Shown here piece by piece: positions 27,948-40,420 of a DNA stretch of 64,000 nt (positions are counted from its first letter, which is position 1; the number at the start of each line of letters is the position of its first letter). Position numbers and translations under genes: made by a program. The notes under the pieces are model-generated. The model saw only the letters and a program-made list of their open reading frames with translations. It had not been told where the DNA came from and did not search any database. Source of the stretch: Lytechinus pictus. Lineage: Eukaryota. The stretch is taken from the NCBI RefSeq assembly GCF_037042905.1, contig NC_087245.1, positions 20,400,001-20,464,000 of the forward strand, read 5' to 3'.

Positions 27948-29646
27948 CAGATGGTAAATTCTATTTTTTATAGGCATCATCCCCCCCCCCCTCTTTCAGA
28001 CCCTGTCACTCTACATCAATTGTGTACTTCTCTGTATATAATTGTTTCATATCTTAGATAAGGATTCTTGGCAATTTTAGGATAACTGGGCATATTGAAT
28101 TACCATGTGTACACCTCTAAGGCATACAGGTACATGTATATTATTTAAGTAATCTGATCAGATGTGCATATTAAACACATAGGGCCTGTATAGCAATGCA
28201 TTATGATAAATTATGAGACGGTATAGTCTGACCATTGGCTTATAATGTTAAACAATGCACTTTGATCACCACTTTTTTTCGTTTGATTATACAATATTCT
28301 AAATGGAAATTATGCATTTTTTGTAATTTCTGTTATTATGATAAGTGAGAAATAATGGGCATAGTAGTGGGTGGAGATGATTTTCAGGGGAACTGCATGT
28401 TTTTATGGTCACTGTCTCGCCGTGACAAAGCAATGCCATTTGGTTGTACATGTATAAGTTAGTAAATAAGGTAGTAAAAATGGTAGGGGAATGCTCATAT
28501 AAATTGGAGTACAGTCAGGGGCAGATCTAGGATTTCCAAAAAAAAGGGGGGGGGGGCGGCATTTTGTACATTAAAATTTTGACAACCCAAAAAAAAGGTC
28601 TTCACTACCAAATTGATGTGTCATTTTGTTCCATGAACAATATGAAAAGAAAAAAAGGTCCCCATGCCTATGCATAACATATTTCACTCAAAAAATAGTG
28701 CCACTGACTACAGTGACCTCCTTTGAGGTTTGGAGACCATTTTCTTTGAGTTAAAGATATATTTTTCTTCAACATGTTTGTTCATTTATGTTTCAGCTCA
28801 ATGCACTGTTTGCCCAGGGCTAAAAGACTTTTAAAATGGAACTACAACATTATCACATAGTCAGACATCTTTAGGAAGAATATAGTGATATAGTAATGAT
28901 TATGATGACAATAATAATGATATTGATGTTGATATGTTTTACATTAAAATGTAAATTAAAGTAACTGAAACTTACAACAACATAGTGAAAAACAGATGAA
29001 AACTTCATAATTGGTGATAGTAAGAAATTCTAAGGATTTTGTCTGCTATGATAATGAAAATGTATATTAAACTCTTTAAAAAGAACTGATAAAGAGGAAA
29101 TACAAGTGACCGTACCAAATCATAATAGACATACAAATCATGGCAGAATCTACATTGCTGTATCTAGTGTTTTACTCAGAAAGTTTGATTTTAGTTCATT
29201 CCCAGAACTGAAACAGACAATCTTAAATGAAGTTTATGACTAAAGAACAATGCATTGGGATATCACCATTCCAGTCTTCTTATATCACAATACTGTATTC
29301 AGTTTAGTCACCAGCAGTAACACATCTGAAGGGCACATTGTGCAAACATAGTGACAATACAAGAATACGATCTAAGCAAAGCATTCGTTTTATTTATTGA
29401 ATTTTATGAATAGGGGTGAAATACATGTATAGGCATTGGAATGGGGTAGTGTAAAACAGTGTTGCTTGATGAAATAGCTTGGATGTAGGCATTTGCAGTT
29501 AAAAACTTTAATATTTTCCTCGATTACTTCTCATGAAGAATTCCGGAACACTGTTTCATATCATTTCATTTTTGCTCGGAATTGAGAAGAATAAGTGGTA
29601 ATAAAAGGGTTACAAATTAAAAACCCCACCAATAAAAATATGTTAA

Positions 29647-30019
29647 GGTAAAAGAAAGTAGTTGCAGCAAACAATTATTTCATGGGAAAGTCTTTTGAAT
29701 CAAGGTTGATTGTAACAATATTATCTGGTGCATTCATGTAAACTTACATGTATCTTTGTGAAATCATGAAATCTAATAGCTCAAAACCAATCATTCTGAT
29801 GATCACTAAAAACACAGAAAAGCATTTGTTGGACAGTGTATTAATATTGCTTGGAAAAATACCCAACATTCAATAGAATTCCTTGCTTATTTTGATAATT
29901 TCTCAGCAATTACACATTTTTTCCAGAGACATCTGGCACGTATAAACACTTGGGTGGTAATTTTATTGGATTCTGTTTGAACTCATTTTGAGATCGTTAC
30001 CACAACTGGTGTTATGTCT
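29647..30019. mobile_element. Non-autonomous DNA element family B (TTAA-flanked, Kolobok-like)
   Basis: TTAA on both sides; homologous to 15071-15469. Confidence 0.7.
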
Positions 30020-30591
30020 TTAATTGTGAACTGAGCAGTCAGAAACATACGATACATGTACGTAGAACCATCTAGAATCCCTCTATGCCAGCTTGACACA
30101 AACATGCTGCAGTCACATTGGATTTGTACCATGAACAGGTTGTGTTGACTTTACCTTAGCCTACCAAGACTGTGGGAGCGATAATTCAATTAATGAATTC
30201 TAATCTAGGGCTGCTCCCAAGTACATACAACAGTAATCTAAAGATCTATGTATGTAGATCATTGTGAGCTATAATTCTATTTTCCCACTGATCTGATATT
30301 TACTTAGTCACTCACTGTACAACAGTGAATAGCAAACTGTGCATCTGTTTGTATTTAAGAAGGATTTTATGCTGGACAGATTATCATATTTCTGATGCAC
30401 GTACATAAATATAGGCTGACAAATGTTTTTATGCTTTGAACTTAATTTGTACATCATGTACATGGTACATTTGTGTATAATTTTCACGTCCTTCATAATG
30501 CGCATAATGCTTAAGCTTGCCATATATACTTATACAGTGCATCCCAAATGTAAACTCATTCCCAGAGGATTATGTCATGTATATTTTATTC

Positions 30592-30761
30592 AATAATTTG
30601 ACACTGATTTTGATAGCAGAAGTTATTTTTATTATTTGATTCCAAACCAAGTACATACTGACTATTAGTGATTCACTAATAGTCAGTACATGTATGTACT
30701 TGGTTTGCGGGTATCAAATAATAAAAATAACTTCTGCCATCAAAATCAGTGTCAAATTATT
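30592..30761. repeat. Long inverted repeat with a 1-nt spacer
   Basis: aataatttgacactgattttgat...tactgactattagtga-t-tcactaatagtcagta...atcaaaatcagtgtcaaattatt. Confidence 0.92.
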
Positions 30762-33474
30762 AATTTAGTGAATCATTCATGACTGACAAGACTACATGCA
30801 AATGTTGAGGCCATCAATAAATTATGTCAAGGTACTACCTAGGCACGACTTTCCAAGAATTACTGCCATTGAAGATTATTTTGTTTTTCTCTCTTCGTAT
30901 TATTGTTTTAAAAAACCAGCAATTACTAAAAGAGAGAAGAATATCAAATAAAATAATAAGAAATGGTTGAAAGTGGTTTCCCTTGTGTAATTTGATCATC
31001 TTGGAGTGAAAAGGGGGGTGAAAATTAGATGTATCAATGTGAGAAAAGGTATACCATGGAGCTTAGAAATTGATAGTTATGATGTAAGCCGTTTCCATGG
31101 CAAAAGACCACTAAAGCTTTGGCAGTAGTGCTTTGAATAACATGAAAATAAAATTATTACCCCATCTCCTTCTTCGGTCTCTCTCTATGATGTGGGTTAT
31201 TATTTGAGGGTGAATTTATTAGACATGTTTATTTCCAACTTGTCAACTGAACTGCACATAGTCATAATTCAAAGTTATCATGTACATGTAGTTGTACATA
31301 TAAGAAATTCATGGCGACTAAATGTGACAGGAGTACTGTATTCCTCCTTTGTTAGTGTCACAGTGCTTACCTTTTTTAAACTAAAAAATGGGTTCATATG
31401 GGCAATGTGAATGTCTCCTAATTGTAACGTTATAATATTTTTATAATTGGCTTACAGTCTAGTTTCATGAGCCTTTACATATTGAATTGAATAAAAATGG
31501 CCCTTTACATTCAGTTTGAACACCACCCCCCCTCTCTACCTCCTTAAACAAGTGACATCACTCTATCTCCACTTAAATCATCATTTCAAAGGTGTAGGTG
31601 AGGTAACTCCTAATATATTTCAAGTATTTTGAACAAAATCAATTCAATTGCAAAAAATCAAGTTTTTGCCAGGACTTATCTTGCCCACAAGCAAGAGAAG
31701 TGTACTGGCCGGTACATGAATCTAGAATTTAAACCCCATTAATGGGCAAGTTTCATGTTTAATTTTAATGGACCAAAATGTAGTTTTCAGACATCTAAGA
31801 ACTCTGAGAAAAAAATCTTTGGTAGAAACTACACATTATCTTTTTAATTTGTTGGCCTAGTTCCAAAGTGCGTTTACCTTACTTGCTTATCATCTCCAGC
31901 AGCAAACACTCCAATATTTACCCTGTCTATCAGATTGAAGATTATACTGCCACATGGGTGTATTATTACTGCCCCATCTCAGAGTATCTGCCAGTGCTCT
32001 ATATACCTGTTGATCATTACCAATATGCTTCAAATGACCTCTTATGTTAACAGAAGATTATTATTATTATTATTATAATTGGAATTGGAATTACACAATA
32101 TTATATGACACAGTCATTCCACCATCATCCAAACTTGTATGTGGTAGAGTTCAAATTCATTTTATTTCATCTCTTTCAAAGGGTAAGTAAATATATAGGG
32201 AGAAAAATAAATTTAATAAAATATACAAAAATACAGTTTGGGGGAGGGGGTTACAAACAGAGTACGTTGTGTCTACCAGCAAATGCATACTCTTCAGATA
32301 ATATTCATATTGTCAACATATTTATCAATAAGATTTTTTGTTTTTAATTTTGGAGTAATTGAAATGTTTGTAATTTCTGTGGACTTCTGGTATTGCCTCT
32401 CCACTTTAAACAGGATTCAACATCACCACTGTTTTTCGAGACAAAAGATTGTCACACCTTCTATAGATTTTACTTTGAATTCAGATCAACTACATGTAGT
32501 ATCTTAGAATGGAGTACATGTACCTGTGGGGTACATTTACCTTTGCCCCTGTCTCCCCAAAGAATTTGGAAGCCAAAATGGCTTTATCTCTGTGTAAACT
32601 CTTGGGAGTTTAACCATATACATAATTTAATCCCCTCATTTGCTAACTGTGAGTGGACCCAAATACCTTTCAGTAGCTGATAAAGCATTCAGAACTCCTA
32701 CTTATGTGCATAAGGTGTGTGAGGTGTGCTAGGTTAAAAGGGCGATCCACTGTAATCCTTGTCATTCATATTCATACACGATTAACACGAATGATTGTGA
32801 AGTCAAGCGTGGGAAAAGGTGACTTTTATAAAAATTTGATTCAATGCTTGTTCATTTACACTTATTAATATTATGTGTATTAAAGATAACAATTTCACTA
32901 TTATTGAGATCTCAAAAATCAATAAATATGTGTTAGCGTGTAGGGTTTGCATTCAGTTGCTCTTGTATGTAGCCTGCAGTCAATGTCAAAAGATATATAG
33001 TGGCATTGTGGCAATACATGAGTGTCTGTTACATTACATTATGCTTGCTCTTATTTTTATTATCATTATTTTTATCATTATTATTGGTATTGCCATCATC
33101 AAATGTTTCCTTTTTTCTAGTTATCTTTGCAAGGTTGGATGGAGTTTGCCCTTTCTTGTGTATATTGATTAATCATATTTTGTATATTTTGTATACTGTT
33201 CTGTCAAATTTATATGTGAATCTTGTTACCGTGTACAAACATTTATAATTCAGCCATTGGCTGCCAAAATGTTTTGATGCCTAATAAAGACCATTATTAT
33301 TATATCATCACTACATGTATTATTATTAATCATGATGTTTTTTAATACATGAATTTATATATATTGTAAGAATTGAATGTTGCATCATATTTTTAGCTTG
33401 TGATTTCTATTCTCTTTTCATATGATTTACAGACTTGTTATTGCAGCAACGAGACGGAACTCCAAGATTCCATC

Positions 33475-35052
33475 ATGGGGGACTTGAAGATAACCTATGA
33501 CAATATCCTTGACCACAAGGGAGATTTTGGCCAATGCATTGAGATTTTCAACCAGCCCATTGATGACTTTCCAAGAAGTTTCTTCAATAACAGCAAGGCA
33601 ATTGGTCTGACGCTGAAGCGAAATAAACTATCTAAGCTGCCCAGCCAACTAGAAAGATTTAAAAAACTTGAGAGACTAGACCTGTCAAACAATAACTTTG
33701 AACAGTTTCCAGAAGTCATAGGGGATCTTGAGAATCTTCGATACCTCAACATCAGTAAGAACAAGCTAACTTCTCTGCCAAGAGATATTATCTACTTAAG
33801 GAAATTAGAGGAGCTTGTGCTTGATGGTAACTTGTTTGAGGAATTCCCAGCAGCTTTGTTCCAGAGTCCAGTTCAGGATTTATCCATGAAGAAGAACAAG
33901 CTGAAGAGTTTGCCGCCAGGAATCAAGGACATGCCCAACCTTCAGAGTTTAGTGGTGGATGACAACCAGCTAACAACACTTCCTGAAGAGCTTGCAGGAA
34001 TGTCTAAGCTGACCGAAGTGTTCGCATCATCAAACAAGATTAAGGGACTTCCAGAGAACTTTTGTACAAAGGCTAAGTCTCTTAAGAAGCTAGCTCTGCA
34101 AGATAATCCTTTAGTATACCCATCAGCTCTTTCTGCAAGTAAAGGAATGGCTGCCATGAGAAATTATGAAAAGAAGAATCCTAGACCAGACATTCCAGAG
34201 GACGTCGAGGAGCAGACAGAAGTTGAACAGAATGATGTGATTGAAGGGCAACAACAGGAAATGCCAGAGGTAAACGGAGGAGACAAGGTAAACGATGAGA
34301 CAAATGATGCTAATGGAGTAGTTGGAGAAGTGCCTGAGATTGTACCTGCGAACGATGAAGATGTTCCAGGAGAGCATGTAGATGATGACGCTGAGGAACA
34401 AGTGGTTGTGGACGACCTCCCAGAGTCAGATAGGATAGAGGAGGAACAACAAGTTCAGAATGATCAAGGAGACAATGATTCTGTGGAAGTACCATCAGAA
34501 GGAGCCCAGGTAGAAGAGGAAGAAGACGTAGTTCCGGACCAAGCAGTGTCAGAAGAACCTGAGGCTGATACTATGCAGGAATCAACCAGAGGTGAATCCA
34601 TAGAAGATGAGAATCCAACAGAGGATAGTGCTGTCCCAGATGAAGTTGTTGCCAAGCCAGATGAAGTCGTTGCAGAGGAGTCTTCACCAGCTGTTGAGGA
34701 ATCTACCGCAAATTATGATGATGGAGGTGATCAAGAAAGCCTGAGTGCTTCAGAAGAGAAGAGTGACCAAGAGGAGCCAGATGAGGTGTCTGCTGATGCA
34801 GATGGAACTGCGTCACAGTCTTCAGAGGAACAATCGCCACCAGATGACAGCAGCTCAGCTGAGATGGCAAATGGTAGTGAATCACAACCTGAAGAGGAAC
34901 AGCCAATCATAGGTGATGAAAGCCCTGCAGAAGTTAGGGATGGCGATACAGGTGAAGTGTCCCCATCCATTCCAGATAAGGTGCAGACTCCTGCAACTAC
35001 AACGACACAAGAAGATGGAGATTCTCAGCAATACAACGAAAGGCTTATCTGA
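33475..35052 (+). CDS. Leucine-rich-repeat protein (~8 LRRs plus cap) with long acidic disordered C-terminal tail, 525 aa, single coding exon
   Basis: 1.6-kb uninterrupted ORF; LxxLxLxxNxL repeats; cap LALQDNPLVYP..SKGMAAMRNY; D/E-rich tail; acceptor ttacag at 33432 and ATG context catcATGG. Confidence 0.9.
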   Translation: MGDLKITYDNILDHKGDFGQCIEIFNQPIDDFPRSFFNNSKAIGLTLKRNKLSKLPSQLERFKKLERLDLSNNNFEQFPEVIGDLENLRYLNISKNKLTSLPRDIIYLRKLEELVLDGNLFEEFPAALFQSPVQDLSMKKNKLKSLPPGIKDMPNLQSLVVDDNQLTTLPEELAGMSKLTEVFASSNKIKGLPENFCTKAKSLKKLALQDNPLVYPSALSASKGMAAMRNYEKKNPRPDIPEDVEEQTEVEQNDVIEGQQQEMPEVNGGDKVNDETNDANGVVGEVPEIVPANDEDVPGEHVDDDAEEQVVVDDLPESDRIEEEQQVQNDQGDNDSVEVPSEGAQVEEEEDVVPDQAVSEEPEADTMQESTRGESIEDENPTEDSAVPDEVVAKPDEVVAEESSPAVEESTANYDDGGDQESLSASEEKSDQEEPDEVSADADGTASQSSEEQSPPDDSSSAEMANGSESQPEEEQPIIGDESPAEVRDGDTGEVSPSIPDKVQTPATTTTQEDGDSQQYNERLI

Positions 35053-38000
35053 TGCTGATACCAGAGTTTCATGAAATTATGATTTTTGTTTAATTTCTCA
35101 CTATACCAGATATTATCAAGATTGCTCTAGCAAAACTCACCATTGATAATGGTATCTGACTACTAATAAAGTCTTGCATGCAATTATTCGCAAATCAATA
35201 GAAAAGTATAATAATGACAAGCCTGCAAACATAGAAAAGAAACATAAGCAGATAGAACATAACCCATTAAAAAAACCCAGAAATGCTGCACAAAGTTGTT
35301 TACATATATTTTTATTTTGGTTAAAAAAAAAAGTAAAATGCCTATCCTTTTTTTTTCTGTAGTACAGTTAAAAATAAAATGTTTCATATTTGTTGAGCAA
35401 GCACTATCAAACATATAAAATGTATACCCAAGTTCAAAAATATTCTTTCTGACATTTGTTTTAAATGATAGATGACCGAAAACTGGTACAGCACTTCTAA
35501 ACAAGTAATTAAGGATGGGAATGGCTCTAATATCTTGTTTGGACAAAACATGTGGTGAAATTTATGACACGAAATGTAGGGTTTAGGAAAATGCATACCA
35601 GAAGTTTTATGGAAAAAACTCATAAAATATGTTTAGCTTTAAAATTAGCTGATATGCTACTCTATAAAGTATTCTTTCAATAGGTATGAAGTAGGTACAT
35701 GTAAATAAGGATCCAATAAAAATGTGAGTTTGTTGTGTGTGATCATGTGTGAAGATAGATATACATGTAGATGTACATAATAAAAAGATACAATATATTT
35801 GATATGTTGATTAGTTTAAAACGTTGATTGTCACCTTGAAAATGTAGTAAAAATTAGTGCCTCAGAAGAAAAACCTTTTTGGCTAGGAATCCAAATATCA
35901 AGCCTTCATACAAGAGAGAGAAAGAAACTCATAAATTTTCTGTATTCACTAATACTTTTTAATACAAATAAGTAAATGTATTTTGTCATTAATTACACAC
36001 TTAAAATTTTACAGTAAAATCCGATATCACATCTTGATCTTCAGAAATTGTGACTATGCTATGAAGAGGGGTGAATAAACTGACTATCGTATTGGATACT
36101 GTTTTATGCTGGCATTGTTTTTTTTTTCAACTGTACTAAACATTTTACTTCTTAAATACAATAATGTTTCACCCTAGCCTTTAGGTGTAGTATAATACAT
36201 GGACATGTAGTTATTTGTTGTATGACATTCTGAATATCATACCACTGCCTACATGTACACTTAAAATTGCAATATAAAATACGTGTTGAATTTCACTTTA
36301 GTGTCTATAGTGCCTTTTACGGTCTATGTTCTTGTCAAGATATATAAAAAAGAAGTATTTTCTGAACAGTGACTCTATTTCCCACTCTTGTTCATGCCAA
36401 AACATATACGTGTGTGCTCTGTTCAGTAGATATTTACAGGGGCTCATTTACACAATGTTAGAACCATTTTGGCCATTGTTCATTTAAGAATGACGTCCCC
36501 ATTTCGCTTGCGTGTTAATTTGTACTGTCATAAGAGCTGGATTCAAATTTATTTCATATCAGATTGCGAGATGAATTTCACAATGTCCTTTTCATGTCTA
36601 ATGGTAATGCTCACAAAATATTTTTGATAACATAATGATAACACTGCACTTCAAATAATTCATTATTACCTTGTGGATTACCCCGATTTGAGAAGAAAAA
36701 CTCAAGGAATTCAATATACAAAGGATATAAAATAAGCTAGTGTGATTGATATTATACTCAATCTTGGCAAAGGAGAGTACTTCTATTAGCCACATCCTGC
36801 CTGTATTTCACTTACAGATGTTAAAATATAGAAATATTTAACCAAGAAGTTTGCACAATGTATTATACATGTACATTATAACAGAAATATCCATTATGTT
36901 TATGTTACAGAGAGAAAGAAAGTGAGAGCATGTCTATGAATATTGATTTCATATTCACTTCTCTCTCTCTTTCTCTGCAGAAACAATATAACTTCAGCCT
37001 TCAGCCTATGCACACATGTTTCATTATTCCATGTCACTTAAAGATGAAGACAGTAGAGATCTATACTGAATAAGATAGAACTTTACAGACGGGGGCGGAT
37101 GATGTGAAGGGGAGAAAAACAACACGTTTGCACAGGAACGGCAGATTTGGACCTTATTATTAGAGCATGAGCATTGTCGATTGCAGCTGCTTCTAAAGAA
37201 AATAGAGCTGAATATTATTAGAATTTGAAAAATGGATGCCGACTTTCTCCACTTGTTCATCTATAATGCTCGACTATGAATTTTCAGTGAAGAGGTTTAT
37301 AGATACCATTTTTAGCCTCATAAATCCTATACAACAGCATTTTGAATAAATTTGTTTTTACATGTTGCTTTACAAATGCAATTTATTTTTATCTGTTTAC
37401 GTACATATAGATTTCAAATTAATTTGCACATTTTGTTAGAGATATGGAAAAGGAATTTGGATATTACACATTTGAGTATCTGACTAGACACACCGCACTT
37501 GTATACCACAGGTTCAACACATTCCCAAAACATTACATATTTTCATCTCTGTGATCTTGGAATTATAACATGTTATGCTACCAACTTTCAAATAGATCAA
37601 ATGATGATTAAACCCCAAATGAATTGTTGCCATGATCACCAATGACATGTGTAATATTACTGGCTCAATTAGCTACATGCACTCGCTTGATATCAAGTAT
37701 AATGTACATGTATGAATTCATTGGATAATTGCTTTTATAAAGTATGTACTGTAGAGGATAGGAAAACATTAATATCGTGGACAGGTGCATGTTGCCCTTG
37801 TGAGTAAATTGAGGTAAACTGATATTCATAATTGCGTATTTTTACCAACCTGCATGCCAATTTCATGATCAAAAGGTCATCTGTGTATTAACCTTAATGT
37901 ATGTTACCTGGCCTATAGGTCCAAGGAGGTGTGGAGGGGGGGGGGGGTGGCACAGTAGAGCATGTGCCCCCCATGGAACATTTGCCCCCATTTTGCATCG

Positions 38001-38345
38001 AATTGTACAATGCATTCTTGTTGTGAGAAGTGCCTCTACCCCTTTTTAAATCAAGAGGCAAAGATACTTTATAGAGAGGACTTTTTTTCTGTTCTTGGGT
38101 GGCACATTTTAAAAATGGCAATATTTCTTTTAATATCATGATCAAGTTTTCTTATCTGGTCTTAAAAGGGGAAGGAACTCTTCCTAAATGTACCATTCAT
38201 GATTCATGACACTTAATTTTATTTTACATCAGCAAATAAAAGTCTTTTTTTTCCTTAGGTAATATTTTCTGATTATTATGAACAATTATGACACATTCAC
38301 ACACCCCATTGTTGTATAAATTAGATAGTGCTGTAAACATTCCAG

Positions 38346-38486
38346 AGGGCCGTTTCATAAAGCTGTTCGTAAGTTATAAATGGTATTGTCCATTGATGAT
38401 TACTTCACGGCTTCATGCGTTAGAAATGTTCACTAGTTGTTCGTGAAGTTGCTCTTAACTTACAAACAGATTTATGAAACACCCAC
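38346..38486. mobile_element. PIF/Harbinger-like MITE, family A
   Basis: cag|agggccgtttcataaagctg ... tttatgaaacacccac|cag. Confidence 0.75.
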
Positions 38487-39750
38487 CAGTTTTTGTTTGT
38501 CATCAAATCTGCCTTCATGATAATTAATGTCATTCTCATTGAGAAAAATAATGACAGTGAACTTGGTTTCATTTCTTACTTAATTTATTTTGCACTAATT
38601 TTCATGATGGCACAAATGTATGGAATATAGATGTGAATTCTCATTAGAGTAATTAACATGTACAGGTATGCATTCTCTAGGAAATAAATTGCACCAATTA
38701 GTGATTGTGTTAAGTACGTGTTTCGATGATCAGCTTGTACTTTCAAATTACAAGCTCACATCAAATTTAAAGAAAAATGCATCATAGATCGAAAGTGCCT
38801 ACTTCAGTCCAATGCCATATTGACAAACATACAATCTTTCCACTTCATTGACACACTGTTGAACGTGTGAATTGACAAAATCCTTCAAATACAAGTGGTC
38901 TTTCAGATGCGATAAATCAATATGTCATTGGACCGCGATGTTTGCTGTGATATTCAAGTTATATGCATGGACATGTAGTCACTGGGGTGTATGCAAACTG
39001 GTCACTTACAATAAATTCTGATGTTGACATTTAGCACAAGTAAAGATTTTGCCAGTAAACTTGAAAATGCTGCCTAAAGTGCTTAAATATGTGAAGTTAG
39101 TATGGAAAGCTTTTTAATTGGCAAATATGGCAGTGCCAGGCTGTATACCTGTTTTTTTTTATACAGTGCCAATGACACCTTTATCCAATATCCAATCTCA
39201 GAGAGTTCTGAAATGATTTACATGTATGATTTGAAAATAGGTATCAGAAACCAATAGTTCAATTGTATAACCTGTGCACAAATTATTCACTTGAGATAAT
39301 TATGATTGATTTCCTATATCTTCTTTCAAGGAGTTTGTATTCTTACAAGAAAGAGGAAAAGGCAAAGTCAAGGTCTCTGCATGTGTTGCAGCACATATGA
39401 ACTTGCATATAAGTCTATTGCATCACATCAAAGAGTTCCTTTCCAAAGAAGAATATTGCTTTTGAATTAGACTTCTATTTAAGGGTAGAAATTAACTGAG
39501 CATGATAAATCAGAAAGGTCAGTTTTGTGCCTCATATTGCGTATTTAGAAGTTTTTTTCATAGAATTTTTGGTATTCACTTCGAATTTGAACAGTGTGCT
39601 CACTCATATCAATGATTGTAGCCTTTTAAGGTCTTGTTCACATTAGGTTTTTTTTTAAAACGAGAATGTTTAAAATCTCAAATTGACCATAAATACCATA
39701 TATATATATATAATCTATATATATAATATATATATATATAATAATAATAG

Positions 39751-39835
39751 CAGGGCCCACTGGGAGAACAGTGTTCGGAACTGAAGTGGCTTCCCTGGGT
39801 AAATATACCTATATTATTATTATTATTATTATTAT
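39751..39835 (+). mobile_element. CR1-like LINE 3' end fragment
   Basis: cagggcccactgggagaacagt...ttccctgggtaaata followed by an (att)n tail. Confidence 0.55.
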
Positions 39836-40149
39836 AATCTAATGACATTTATTGCAAGTTTACCAGTATAATTCAATCTTTATTGCTTGGTATAAGTTTG
39901 CAGTTTGCCAATTTTATTGGAAAAACCATATTCTGGTGTTTCCAAAATGTTTTGATAATACTCCTGGATTTAATTGATTTCTCGTAAAATTTTTTCAGCA
40001 TCAAATGAAAAATAATTTGTAGCACTCTTCATCAAAAAGTTATAGGCCAAAATTTTACTCTGTAATAAATGATATTTTGTTTAAATGATATTAAATTGAA
40101 TTAGCTAATTCAGCTATAAATATACTAAAATTTCATTTAGTTTCAGTGA

Positions 40150-40420
40150 TAAGAACATATTGACCAAGCAGGTCTTTGCGCTCATCCACTTCTGGCTTCC
40201 TTGTCATTTCAAAAGTTTCTAAAACTTGGGGGGAAAGATCATTTGCTTTTGCATGCCCCACTTTGTGGAATAGCCTTCCTGAAGACATAAAGAAATGTAC
40301 CTCTTTTGAAAATTTCAAAAATCTTCTAAAAACTTTTTATTGAACTCTTAGCTCTTTATGCACCTTGAGCACTCTACAGAGTGAATTTGGCGCTTTATAA
40401 GTCACATTATTATTATTATT
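40150..40420 (+). mobile_element. 5'-truncated L2-type LINE 3' end
   Basis: Translates to PSRSLRSSTSGFLVISKVSKTWGERSFAFACPTLWNSLPEDIKKCTSFENFKNLLKTF (L2 ORF2 C-terminus), followed by a gcgctttataag 3' motif and (att)n. Confidence 0.85.

Noticed and set aside
33400..33474. N-terminal 25 aa of the 550-aa ORF
   Set aside because: The ORF track starts at a non-ATG codon in intronic sequence; the acceptor at 33432 and the ATG at 33475 define the likely start.
33495..34970. Several antisense ORFs over the LRR gene
   Set aside because: Shadow ORFs of the real coding strand, with no independent features.
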